Source: Octopus vulgaris (lineage: Eukaryota). From it: DNA of 64,000 bases. The DNA is taken from contig OX597816.1 in assembly GCA_951406725.2 (NCBI GenBank), positions 133,920,001 to 133,984,000 on the forward strand, written 5' to 3'. Within the stretch, counting starts at the first letter, position 1; each line of letters opens with the position of its first letter. Shown one piece after another: positions 26,781 through 39,650 of this stretch. The translations under genes were made by a program, and so were the position numbers. Under the pieces are notes generated by a model. It made no database searches and had not been told where the DNA came from. It was given only the letters and a program-made list of their open reading frames with translations.

Positions 26781-27110
26781 GTATAGTACTTTTCATGTTC
26801 ACTTTATGACATCTTTTACTTTACACTCTAAAATTCTAAGTTTGTAGTCAAGTTAGCGTTGCCAACTAAAGAAAATAAAAAATAAACTAAGCCTTTTGAA
26901 TTTGTTTTGATTTCACAAATATTGTATCTTCTAATTAAAAATAGGAATGTAAAATAATTTATATAAAAATTATAATTGTTGTCATATTTTACTGTGGTAA
27001 TTAGATGTTAATATCTAATGTTTTAAAAGCAAGAATATTTACTGTACAATTCACATTTTGTTCTTATTTCTTGTTGTTTATTTACTTAAATCAAAATTGT
27101 TCTTTTGCAG

Positions 27111-27602
27111 ACATGCCTGATACATTTTCCATTGATATTGGTAGTATCAAAGACTACTTTGGAACTGGTGAAAAAAAAATCAAAGACTTCCTAGGAAATG
27201 GAAATAAATCATTTAAAGATTTTCTGGGAATTGAAGAGAAGCAAGTCCTAGGTACTGAAGACCTGACAGCTACCGATACTCTTGAGAATATCAGTCCAAA
27301 AGAATCTGTAGATATTCTTGCTGAAAATATTAATGAAATTTCTGAGCGCAAAGAAATGTTAGATATATGTGCTGAAGCTGAAGCTAGGGAGGTTCTTGGA
27401 GACAATGAAATGATCTCAGAACTTGATCCTCTTTCTATCAGTGATAGCACTGTAAATGATTTGGAAGTTGATGCTACAACTAGTATTGATCTGATTTCTA
27501 CTGATATGCAAGAGGAGGAGGAGGAGGAGAAAAGTAATAGGGAAATGGCCAGTATGGAAGCTAAAGGGCCTCCCAACTATCCAGTACCAAATGATATATT
27601 GG
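27111..27602 (+). CDS. OPA1: OPA1 large acidic linker exon (probable cassette)
   Basis: ttttgcag|ACATG...TTGG|gtagat; 492 nt open, phase 1-1, D/E-rich. The donor is weak, so the 3' boundary is uncertain. Confidence 0.7.
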
Positions 27603-30600
27603 GTAGATCGTTGTTTTTAAGTCCTTATTTTAAAAGTCTAGAATGCTTAAAATAGCCCAGTTGGATTTTTCGGTGTTGATCACTATCAGCTACTTTAGTC
27701 TTGAAAGGATTTCTCATTTTTATCTCAGAAGAAATTAAACTTCTCTTGGCTGTTTTCTCACAGTATTGGCAAAATTAGGCTCAGCCATTTGTACAGCTTG
27801 CTACTACTTGCTTAAAGAAAAATTGATCTGTCAGTGGAGTTCTCATTTTCATCATAAATTAAATTCTCTGTGTTTTAAAATTCTCAAATGTGCATGACAT
27901 TGTTATTTAGTTATAAAAAAGAAAGAAAATGTTGGAAAATATGTAAAAACTCATTAATCACTTGAGAAGTTCAAATCGTTATCAGGTGTACTTTGCTTTG
28001 ACTCTTCCAAAATTGATAAAATATTTACTTGTATTGTAATTAACTATATTATAGGAAGCAGTACCTTTACATGGCCACAATCTGATGACTGAAATTAGTA
28101 AAAGAATATAATTCTGTATTGGGGAGGATTGTAAGAGACTAAGTGATAAGATTCAGTTTGAAAGACAATATTGTCTTGGATTTATGTTTCACCCTTTAGC
28201 ATTCAGATAACTTTTATCAAAAGTAATGCTTATTTATTCACATTGTTTTGAATTAATCATGCATTATCTTCTAGCTTTGAGATTTTGATGTGATTGTTTA
28301 TTTGTAGAATGACATTTTAGGGTAGGTGTGAGTGGTATGATCAGACCAGTTTGAGCATAGAACAGGTAAAATATTTGGGCTGGATATGGTGGGTTTAAAT
28401 GCTAAAGGGTTAAAAAGGTCTCAAGAAGGTTTATCAAGGACAAGTAAACCTTGGTAGAAATTTCCCAACAGATAAAGATTGAACACCAACTTTATTAATA
28501 AAGAAAACCTCCATTAAAGATTTCAAACATTAATAAATTGGTATAAACTATATGTATGACTTTATTATACTGAAAACATGAATTCTTGTCTGATCTCTGA
28601 AGTTAAACAGTGTGGAACCTAGCTTGGATGGGTGGTCATCTTGGATTCTTAAATGTTGTATGAAATTGTTTAAGCCTTAGCATGGCCACAGCTGGATGAC
28701 TGAAACTAGTAAGAGAGTAAATAATCTCTGATTTCTATCACTGCTAATGATTAAGACTAAATCTATAAAGTGATTGCTATTTTCATGTTCTACAATTGAT
28801 AAATGCTTCAAATCTCATGAGTTTGGTATCTGTTATTAGTGAAAGCAACTAACAGCAATATATTTTAGTGTTTTAAAAACAATCTACATAAATTCTTTAT
28901 AGGAAGTGTAAAACATTTCAACTGGACTTTGAACTTCTCAAGTGAACTTGGGATATTTTAAAATACGAGGATTTTTTTTTTTGAAATGACGATATTCTCC
29001 TGATAGATATATATTCATTGCAATGTATATTTATATTTTAAGATTTATCAGTTATTTTGATTAATTGATATTTTCCAGTAAAAAAAAAATTTTGGAGACA
29101 GCTGAGACAGTAGACACCAGGCTGGATGCTTTACTGTAACTAGTTTGGTATCTCCCTGTTCTGAGTTCAAATTTTGCCCTGGGTCAACTTTACCTTTCAT
29201 CCCTTTTGGGTTGATAAAATAAGTACCAGTAATATTTTGGGGTCGATTCAATCGACTATACTCCTCCCTCACAAAAAATTTGGTCTTGTGCCTAATCTAA
29301 AGAAATTCTTATTTACAATTGGTAAAGTTTTCAATTCTATTTTTAAGTGAGTAATGTTGTACAATGTCTGTCCTACTTGGCTGTTTTGAGCATGGATGCT
29401 AGAGCAACTGTTTGCCTGCTTGGCTGCTGCATTCTTAGTTATTCTAATTCCCTTTGCATTTATTTTCCTACATGCTTAGTCTAGTCTCCTAAAATAACTT
29501 GAAATTTTCCTCTTCAACTCACTGTATATATTGAATATCCTTGTTCCTAGATTTGATTTGTTGATGTTTTATTTTTGCAAATCTGACAAAAACCTGAATA
29601 TTTTATTGATAAATAAGATTTTATATCTATTTACTGTAAATTCTTGCTGTCAGTTAGTTATGTATTTGATTCATCATCATCTCATCATCTTTTTTATGTC
29701 CAACATCCATGCTGACATGGGTTGGATGGATCCAACGAGTCCAAAGACTGCATCATGTATCTGTGTCTGCTTTGGCATGGTTTCTTTGGCTGGATACCTT
29801 TCTTAACATTACTATCTTTACATACTGTACTAAGTGCTTTTCTTTTTGTGGCATCAGCACTAGTGAGGTCACCATGCGGCTTGCAAGACTAATATCTCCT
29901 TTAACTGATTGGGGCGACTGTAGAGGAAAGTGGTTTTATGCTAGGAGATGAGTGGTTAAAATATGAAAATACAGAATAGGTTTCTTGTTGTACAGGAGCA
30001 ACATGTCTATTCACTTTATAGAAGAGAGGGTGGGAGTAACTGGGGTGGAGTTGGAAAGAGAGAGAAAATAATAGTGATGTGGAGGTCAGAGTGGATCCTC
30101 AAGATACGAGATGAGAAGAAATGAGTGGAGACAGAAGAACAGGGGGTGTGGGTGAGTAAAGTTTGCAAGAGTATGGGGAGAGTTAAGAATAATTAGAGAT
30201 CGGGCATGAGTAATGGGTTGAAAATAACAAATGAATTGTTATGAATATAACAAATGAATTGTTAAAACAATGCTGAATGGTAAATATATTGGAAGGAAGG
30301 TAAGGAAGAGTAGGTGATGGCTGTAGAGGTTGGGTAGGCTTGAGGCATGGATGTAGTGAATGGGAGACAAGGGGTGAGTGATTCTGATTCTTTATTCAGT
30401 TTGTAAGTTTTTCAATTCTAGAAAATGTTCTGAACAATCTTTTCTTTTGTGTGATATTAAGTTTTCAATTGTTTTTGTTCCCAACCATATTTTGCTTAAA
30501 TGATACTTTTAATACTGGAACACTAAGCAATATAATAGACACACACACACACAGTAAGTGATGATTTCTTTGCAATAAGTATTTTATCAAACATTTGCTC

Positions 30601-33466
30601 ATCTGTGTTTTTGTGGTTCCATTGCATGTGGATTTGCGTTTGTAGTTTCTGCAATTTTTTCCCCATCTTACACATTTGTTAGTTCTATAACTTATTGCTT
30701 ACCTCTTAAGTTAGAAGAACATTTCAGTGTTTATAATTGCCAATGCATTCATAGATATTTCAAATTAAAGGTAATAATCTAAGTATTTTTAATATAGAGT
30801 GGTATGCTTTAATCATAGATTTTTTTTTGCACAAATAGATTCTTTTTGTAATACTAGAAAAGTGAACTAAGTTGAGCCAACTTGACTGAACTGAATGAAG
30901 TAGTCAAATGAAGAGATGATGGCTAAATAACTCATGCCAAACTTGCTCCAGACTTTTAATATTTGCTCCAGTATTGCCATTGGTACTTATTTAGTTAAAT
31001 ACATTCTGGAGTGATAAAAGTTTCATTAAAGACTACTCTTCAACTTGTTCAGTAAAATCCAGCTCTTTTGTTTCAGAGCCATTAGTTAGCTTATATTTTG
31101 TATTCTTCAAAGTACTAAATATAATTTCAATGACTTTCCCAATTGGAAACATCCAAAGTATTTGATGTTAAATTAACAGTTAAATTTCCAAATTTTTTCG
31201 GCTAGAATCTTTCTTTTGCTTTTTATTTTTTTAGTCCATTTAGACACTCATTATAATTGCATTAGCAATCCTTTAGTAACATTTCTCTGTTAGTATGGTT
31301 CAGGCTTCTAGTAGCTTTTCTCTAACACTTCACGGCTTTTACTCCAACACTGTAACTAATGTGCATTTCCCTTTCAGATATTTGTTTTTCAATTTCCATT
31401 AATTCTATTGCTCTCATAAAACATAATTTCCCTAAATTTTTGCCATTAATTTGTTTGGTCAGTAGACTCAGTGGTTTTGCATTGAGAGGAACTAATTTAT
31501 TGAATAATTTCAAAATCATCTTAATTTGTTTTTCTTCTTAATATATTAAACTACAAGTTATCCCCCTCCCATTTTTAAAAGGATAGCATTATTCTATGTA
31601 ATACAGATTTTAAGAGTTCAAGGTGGATGTTTTTAGCTTTGTTTGTGTCTTGCATGAATGTTTTTTTTTGTTGTTGTTGTATATACAAGTCATTGTGTCT
31701 GTGATACAATTAGTATTATTCCTTATGAAACAAATTTATGACAGCTTTTGATCATCATCAAAAATTGTCAAATGATTGAAAGCTGTATATTTTCAAAGAT
31801 AAAGTGGCTTTTATTATCTGCTAATTGATATTGGTTCAAAATATGAAACAAAAAGAGGGAGAACTGGGAGTGTTCCTAAATATGTTGAGTCTTGTTTGTT
31901 CTTGTATGAACTTTGCCAGATACTTGACCCCAGGTGCATCAATTGAAATTTTGTTTTATGATGGAGTATAGGAAATAGTTAACGGGAACTGTCCAAATAA
32001 AATATTTCCATTAAAATATGCTTTATCCTCTAAATTTTATCTATACTGTGGTGATTTATCTTGAGGTTATAACCTATTACCAGTTCCTTCATTCTTTATT
32101 TTTGGAACAGATCACTCACAAATTGATTTCTCTTGTCAAAGAAATTTTCTTTTTCTATTTCTTTCATTTCTAACTTGAACTCTATGAATTATGGATGTAG
32201 TCTAGTTAGAATATAATTTTAGAATTTTAATGATTGCTAAAGTCTTCTTTTAATATTCAATATTTTCTAGTACATTTTCTCTTGCCATTTCCATTCTCCT
32301 TTTAGATATCAGTTTATCTTTAACAACTGCAAATTGGCAGAGTTAGCAGAGCATCAGAAAAAAATGCCTTTGTAGTGTTTGTTCTAGTCCTCTGTATTTT
32401 GGGTTCAAATCCCACTGAGGTCAACTTTACCATTGATCCTTTTGGGGTTCGATAAATAAGGCATCAGTCCAGAGCAGCAGATTAGTTGAATTGTAAGTGT
32501 CAAACATAATACCTTGCAGTATCAGATCTCACTCTTTGCATTCTGAGTTGAAACTCTCCTCCTTATTGGAGTCCCATCAGTAGTAAGACTGCTTAAAATG
32601 TGGCATCAAGTCCAATGTAAAAAAGAGACTGCTTATAAATGTCCAATCATTCCTTAGCCGTTTTTGATACCTACCCACCTGAAACCACACCTAATTCTCT
32701 TATACAAACTTCTTGTTTTAAAGTGATCTAAATTAAAACCTAGTCAATTAATATTCCAAACACTAGCATAATGATAAAGCTATTTTACTATTTTCTCATT
32801 TTCGAAATGAACTAAAACTAGGGCAGTGTATTTTAACAGAAATGTGGTAACAAAAGGATTAAATTTATGTGGTGTGAGTTCATAAGAGATCTATATATTC
32901 AGAGGGGATGGAAAGATTTCCGTATTTTTCTTTCCTTAAAAGATAATGCTGTGGGTAGAGAGAACTATAGTTTGGAATTTATTTTCATGATGCCTTTACT
33001 GTTTTCTATTTCTCTTAGTCTCCATGCTTCTTTCAATTTATCTCATTTCCTCTATTAAATAGTTTTACATTTGTTTCAATGTCACCATATTATCTTGTAT
33101 AAACATTTTCATTCATTATACATTATAAATAAATTATTAAGAATTGAGCAATTCTTAATTGTATTTTAATGGCTAATGAATGAGAATTGTGTTGAATATT
33201 GGAATAATTCAAACAAAAAAATTTTAGCCTGTCATCTTAATCTTTTTTGTCATTTTCCTTTTCTCTAATATACTTACTTAAATTATGAATTAGATTAGAC
33301 ATATCTCTTAAATTTTTCCTTACTAATTATTTATTGTTAAATTTCAAAATCCTCTATTGATAAGTCTTTGTTTTGAAAAAAAAAAAAAATGCCAGAATGT
33401 TCTGTTTCAAAGGGATGCAGTTAATTATATTTGACTTGTTTGTTATCTATTGTTTGCTGTCCACAG

Positions 33467-33526
33467 GTCTTGCCCATTCAACCGGACCAGTTTTGTCAAT
33501 GCTTGGGATATCAGGCCTACCCACAG
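33467..33526 (+). CDS. OPA1: OPA1 60-nt hydrophobic exon (probable cassette)
   Basis: gtccacag|GTCTT...ACAG|gtgtgt; (G)LAHSTGPVLSMLGISGLPT, phase 1-1; a GC-richer island in very AT-rich intron. Confidence 0.62.
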
Positions 33527-33824
33527 GTGTGTAGAACCCAAAAACTGTTAGGTTTCAACTATTCCTTTATGTTACTTTATTAATATTTCTAATTTTTTTT
33601 TAATCTTTTACTGATAACAAATATTTGTATACAAAATTTGCACCTCTTTTAGTTAAAAATAAAGAATATTTTTCCAAGTGAAATGACAGATAATGTTCAA
33701 GTAGAAATAGATGTAGATGAGTGTTTTACTATACATTGATGTTTAATGTAGTTTTATTGCTTGGTAAACACTTGTCATTCGGTGAGATTTCATAAGTTAT
33801 ATGATGCTTGTGTATACAAGTTAA

Positions 33825-34184
33825 TTATTTACATTCTTTACATTTGACAGATATTTGTCCTCATCTTGTTTGTTAACACAATGTTTTGGTTGATATACCC
33901 TCCAGCCTTCATCAGGTGTCTTGGGGAAATTTTGAACCTGGGTTCCTATTCCTAAGATATTTTTCGATGTTGTTATTATTATTCAGGTCACTGCCTGAAA
34001 TCGAACTCAGAATCTTGGGGTTAGTAGCCTGTGCTCTTAACCACTATGCCATATGCCCATGGGCATATGAAGGCTGGAAGGTATATCAGCTGAACTGTTG
34101 TGTTAACAACATCAAAATGAGGATAAATATCCGTCAACTGTAAATAATGTACATAATTCCTCCTCTCTTAAATATAGAACAGTA
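33825..34184 (-). mobile_element. Inverted-repeat element with tRNA-like head and degenerate hammerhead motif (Penelope-like)
   Basis: Arms 33830-33912 and 34067-34151; 11-bp TSD ATACAAGTTAA (33814-33824, 34185-34195); tRNA-like segment 34058-33986. Confidence 0.72.
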
Positions 34185-35951
34185 ATACAAGTTAAGTTGA
34201 TTATTTAGCAATGAACTGAACTTGCAAACCTCCATTTCTGTTCATCATCTATTGTCTCAGTTATTGGCTGAGTCACTATAGTTTGTGCTATCTAAAAAGA
34301 TCTAGTTGGTATTTTGTTCAGCATGTAAAATTAACTGAAACCCAACTAACTACACAAGTAATTGTCAATGTTATTTTAATGATTTGTTGTGCTAGGTGAT
34401 CATCTTTATAACTTTATTTCTTTTTCATAAACCTCTTTTTTTTTACCTTTTTAAAAATTAAAATTCCTTAAATTCTCCTTTCTTTAATTAGCTGACTTCT
34501 TCACATTTTGTTCCATATTTTAGTTGGTAGTTAGTATTTTACTATTTTTGCGTCAACTGTCTTCTTCATTTTGTTTATAACATGTTTGAAATTTAAACGA
34601 ACATTCTTACATTTTTCACTGTATTGAACTTTATCTTGGTTAATTTAGAAGCAAAAATATTATTCCTTTTCTAGTAAGTGCTGTCATAATTAAAGACCAT
34701 TTTGCTATATTGGCTTGAATAAACAGTTCTATACAATTATATCTTTCTCTGCTGTGTCCATCTGAAATATTTGATCCAATCATCAATGATCTGATAACAA
34801 ACCAAGAGAGCCTCTATGTTGTTACCTGGATGCATAAAATAGCAGTAAAAATTTCCTCCTATCTCTTTTTATCATCTTAAAAAGAAGGAAGGCATAGATA
34901 ATACAGTGCTAGTTACACATAGAAAGATGGGTTGTTTCACAGCAGGAATTCCTTTGATCAAATGTTTGCTTAATCAGAATTGATATAAGATTAACACTAT
35001 ATTTCTAATATTTTTATGGCCTCCATTCCTATTGTGGTGGTGTTACAGGCATCATGCATGCATTCAAATATATTTTCAAGTTTCTACACTAGTCACTATT
35101 TTTTTTTTCATTTTTCTGAGTATATTAATAAATAAATGTGTAATTTAACAGGGTTCACTGTAGAAGCAATTTATTTGTTACTATATAACACTAATTTTAT
35201 ATAAGTTATTAGGAAAATTCCCATTGATAATTATTGTTAGTTCTAAAGGTTATTTAGTTGCAGTTTATTTAGAGTGTTACTTACTTGTGTATTATTACAT
35301 GGGAAAAATTAAATTAATTTTAGTTTTGTATTTTATCATTTAGATGAAAATTGTTCTGTCATTTGCAAAATACTCACAGTTAATAAGTTTACACAGCTCT
35401 GACATTGCATTTTGGTCAAGTTAGTTTACTTTTGGATGGAGCTTACTTACCAGTTCTTCTAGAGAAATTAGTTTGCAAAAAAAACTAGCTATATTTTCAG
35501 GAAGTGGTTTGTCTTTCTTCTGAATAATAACACACAAAGCAAAAGTGCTGACTTCAATAGCCATAAGTGGCTTAAATGGATAACGTACCTGCCAAGTATT
35601 TTTTGAGATTATTTACAGTTAAGATTTACTTCAGTTTAACAAGCTATGTTTGAATTGTCAATTCTGGATTAATTTTTAATTTGTAAATAAAAATTGCTCT
35701 TTTACATTACTATTCTCTCAATGAAGTAACACAATTTACAGCAGTAGAGATTTATATTAGTTTAAAATTTCACTGGCTCTGAGTTATTTTAGTAAATCAG
35801 CTTAATTTTATCTAACAATTGATTATCATTTGATGAAACAGATCAACATACCCACTTTCCATTGTCTCATTTATTACGTAATAATCATATCAACTAATTA
35901 CTCCATTCAGAGAAGTATTTGATTTTCAGTTCTACTAATTTCCCCTGCAAA

Positions 35952-36115
35952 TAATCACATAATTAGTTCTTTCAGATTTTCTTTTTTCTATTAAGTATAA
36001 CTTTTGTTTAATCACATACTGTTATTAGTTCTTTCAAATTTTATTTTTCTGTTAATTCAACTGTTTGTTTTGTTAATCATATTACTAGTTCTTTCAAATT
36101 TTCATTTTTCTGTTT
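35952..36115. repeat. Degenerate tandem repeat, about 60-bp period, three copies
   Basis: tagttctttca(g/a)atttt recurs near 35964, 36026 and 36086, each preceded by taatca. Confidence 0.7.
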
Positions 36116-37427
36116 TATATTTTCTTGTTTTTAATTTTTGTTGTTGTTGTTCAGTTTTATGAATAGATATTTGAGGTTTCCTAATTTCTGAATGTTCTGT
36201 AACACTAACTTAATTTTGTCTATTATATATCACTTCCATACATTTTTGTACCAACTATAGTTATATATAGAATGTTTGCATTTTAATTCTTATCACTTCT
36301 TCAATATTGACAACTATGAATTATTCAGTATTTTTTTTGGAAGCACCCAAGCAACCCTCAAACTAATGCTATTTCTTACTCATACTTAATATCTTTATGG
36401 CATAAATCACCCATCGATACATTGAGATTTAGAATTTTTTTTCTTCAGCTTTATAGGTTTTAAAAGCCAATGATTTTTCTTTTTTTTTTTAAGGAAGAGA
36501 AAAATTAAAAAAGCAATTCAGTAATTTGGTACTGCACTAAATCAGAATAGTCTTTTTTATCATGTAATTTTTTACTACCAATAGAGAAGAAAATTTACAT
36601 TCTACTTTTTATAAACTAATTATTGTTTATAAAAACTGTATTCTGTACACCTGTGGGTAATAGTTGTTCTTTCAATGTCATTCGGCATGAGCAGTTGTCA
36701 CTCTTATGTGTGTGTCAGTTTACAAAATTCCCTCTTTATGACTATGTCTATGTCTGTCTGCTTATTTAAAGACTATATTTTTTTTAATAAGTATACAAAG
36801 CAAGGTATACTTCAACTGCCCTTTTCCTGATTACTGGCCATTTTCTTGATCAATTAATTAATTGATTGATATTGCATTCAATAAAATTTTTTAAAAATAT
36901 AATTCCTTAAGGGATTATTTATTACTGGATTTCATCACGAAATTGTCTTTTATAAGAAAAAATACTTTTTCTTGTGCTTAGCAAAGCGTAAATTTTTGCA
37001 AACATAATGAAGTTTATATTTGAAAAAATAATTTTTTAAATTAAAAAAAAAATTAAAAATCAATGTGTGAGTAAGCTAAAATGATTAATTTTTCCAAATT
37101 TTCTCAAATCATTACTTGGTGTAGCATAAATTTTGTCATGTATATATTAGAACATTATTGTTTCCACTTAACATTGCCATAAATTGAAACATGATATGAG
37201 GTAAAATCTTTAGAAGATATATATATTAGCAGTTTGTCATAGATTTTATGGATCTTTGTAAAGATTGTTGGTGTGTTTTTTTCTTTTTTTGTTAACCAAG
37301 ATTGATTTTCTAATCTTAACATTTTACACTAGTAAGTAGTCACGGTGCCTCTATGCGATAAAGAGGTTGTCTTTATTAATATGTGTAGCTATTAAAATCA
37401 TGTGTTGTGGGTATTTCTCTCCTGCAG

Positions 37428-37510
37428 ATAGAAACTTGAACAATTCTCTTCAACAAACCAAAGTTGAACGTGAAGGTCGTTCCTCCTCACCAGAACAAAA
37501 TCCATCAAAT
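37428..37510 (+). CDS. OPA1: OPA1 exon equivalent in position to human exon 5
   Basis: cctgcag|AT...AAT|gtaagc; (D)RNLNNSLQQTKVEREGRSSSPEQNPSN, phase 1-to-0. Confidence 0.82.
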
Positions 37511-38748
37511 GTAAGCATTCTTTCTGTTAATGTTTTTACTGTAATACATTTTAGATTATTTTAATCCTTCTTTTATAGATAACAAACTGAGGTTTTGTTT
37601 ACATATATCATCATCTTCATTGTTATCATTTAATGTTCCTTTCTCCATGCTGGTATGGGGTGGATGAGTCTCCAAGTACTTGCAAGACAACATCCTTCAA
37701 CTGAGTGAAAGATGCAAAAACATAATAGAGGGATTGGAACAGGTGTCTTGCTGAAGGTACCTTCAAGGTACAAAGTGAAGATGAGAGAGAGAATAGGGAT
37801 AGAGGAATAGAAAAGAAAGGTGGGTAGCTAAGTGTATTGGAATGAGACAGATGATTAGATATGGGAACTGAGATAGAAATAACAACCAGAATCTGGACAA
37901 AAATATTTTTTACATGTTCTGCAATATGATCTTTGGTTATAAATATTCAAATCTTTTTTTTCAGTTTTTAAACAAACAGAAATCTTGAAACCAATAAAAA
38001 GAAATTAAATAGAATAAAAGATTATATTAATTTTGAAAATCTGTATATAAAATTAAAGAATTTCCACATTCTAGTTTCTGTTTTAAAGAATTTTTCAATT
38101 GGCTTATGATGATTCTGTTATCTGAGATTCATCTTAGAGGAATAAATTTCATTCAAGCAAATAGAAATGAAATCTTGTGTAATTAAGATAAATATCTGAA
38201 TCTATTTCGTCTCATTCCTACAAGCTTATTTGGCTCACATTTACCCTAGTTTCCATGGTGATTAAGCAACATGACTTCCACCCCTGAACAGAGTGCTTGT
38301 TCATTACAGGTAGCTGGAGCTATGACAAGTAGCCTCAGCTACCTCAGGTACTTGTTTTTAGCTGAATGGACTAGTGTAATGTGATATAAAGTGCCTTGCT
38401 CAAGGACACAGTTCACCCTTTCTGTTAATTGAACACATAGCCTATCGTAAGCTCAACACCCTAGCCACTGAGCTATACACCTTCATTCATTCTGCATTCA
38501 TAATTTTGTAATCTGGAACTGCAATTAATTTACAAATCTTTTAATTAATAATATTAATGATAATAATAATCATAATAATGATAATAGTAATAATTAATTA
38601 TTATTCTCATTCGTATGTGCAATTGAGCAAATTATGAAGCTGTTATAATGCTTTCTCTGATAACTGATACATAAAGCTTATTATTTTGCCACTAGCTTTC
38701 TCATAAACACTCAGCTTGGCTGCTGCTTACATTTTCTATTCTTTATAG

Positions 38749-38802
38749 TATGAAGACAAAGGAAAAGTAGAGCAACTTCAGTCTGAGCTCATTCATGTCC
38801 AG
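38749..38802 (+). CDS. OPA1: OPA1 coiled-coil exon
   Basis: YEDKGKVEQLQSELIHVQ (human VSDKEKIDQLQEELLHTQ), 54 nt, AG/GT flanks. Confidence 0.93.
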
Positions 38803-39049
38803 GTTAGTCTACCCTTTATACAGTTTTTTACAATATGCTTGCTCATTAATATATATTTTCAATCTTCATAACTTTAAGATTATATACATCATATTTATTT
38901 ACATTTATTCAATATTCATTTATATTTGTTTTCCATGGTGTCAGAGAGCTCAGCTTGTTTTTTTTTTTATCTTTTTCTAGCTCTACATATTTCTATATAT
39001 CATATTAATTGTTTATAAGGTGAACCAGGGCATAAGACGCACTTTGTTT

Positions 39050-39650
39050 AAGAATATGTTTTCTTAGATAACTTAGATTGGTTTCAGCCATTATCGACCC
39101 AGGCCATGACTTACTTAATAGCACCACCTGGAAAAGGTTTTTAATTAATTATTTTGGGACATCATGGACCACTCAAGCAGAGAGTTGTTGTTTGCTGAAA
39201 CATATCTGGGTGTAGGTGGCTTAGCCAGTATTTCCTGCAGGAATTTGTCCAGGTATCATTTGAAAGTTGTTGGGTTTTTTTCTACTTTAATTTATTTCAG
39301 GATAACATTGAAAAGAGCAGGACCATTTGCAGTGAAGAAATTGTGTCACAATGTTCTTATGTGATGTGATCTCGACTTTTGTAGGGGACACATTGCACAG
39401 GGGCCTAGTTTTGGGTGAATTGTAAACATAATACTGATATCATTTTGGATAATATTGGTGGAATATTTTCCACATGGTGCAAATAATGTATCACTCACAG
39501 TATTATTGCAGAGATCAGAGTTTCAGCTGTTTAAGTCGAGCCCAATAATCAAGTCCCGTCATGCCATTTATTTTTTTTTAGTGATTGATCTTTGTGGTGC
39601 TTCAATCCTTGAGATTACAGTTGAGATGTTCCTTAAAAATTATGATAAGA
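39050..39650 (-). mobile_element. CR1/L2-group LINE 3' end
   Basis: Minus-strand FFTANGPALFNVI...FK*YLDKFLQEI...YVSANNNSLLEW, typical of LINE ORF2 C-termini, with stops. Confidence 0.6.

Noticed and set aside
27154-27576. 140-aa minus-strand ORF
   Set aside because: Ser/Ile-rich antisense shadow of the acidic OPA1 exon.
33986-34058. Functional tRNA gene
   Set aside because: Mismatched acceptor and anticodon stems, and it lies inside a TSD-bounded element. The other tRNA-like segments are SINE heads.
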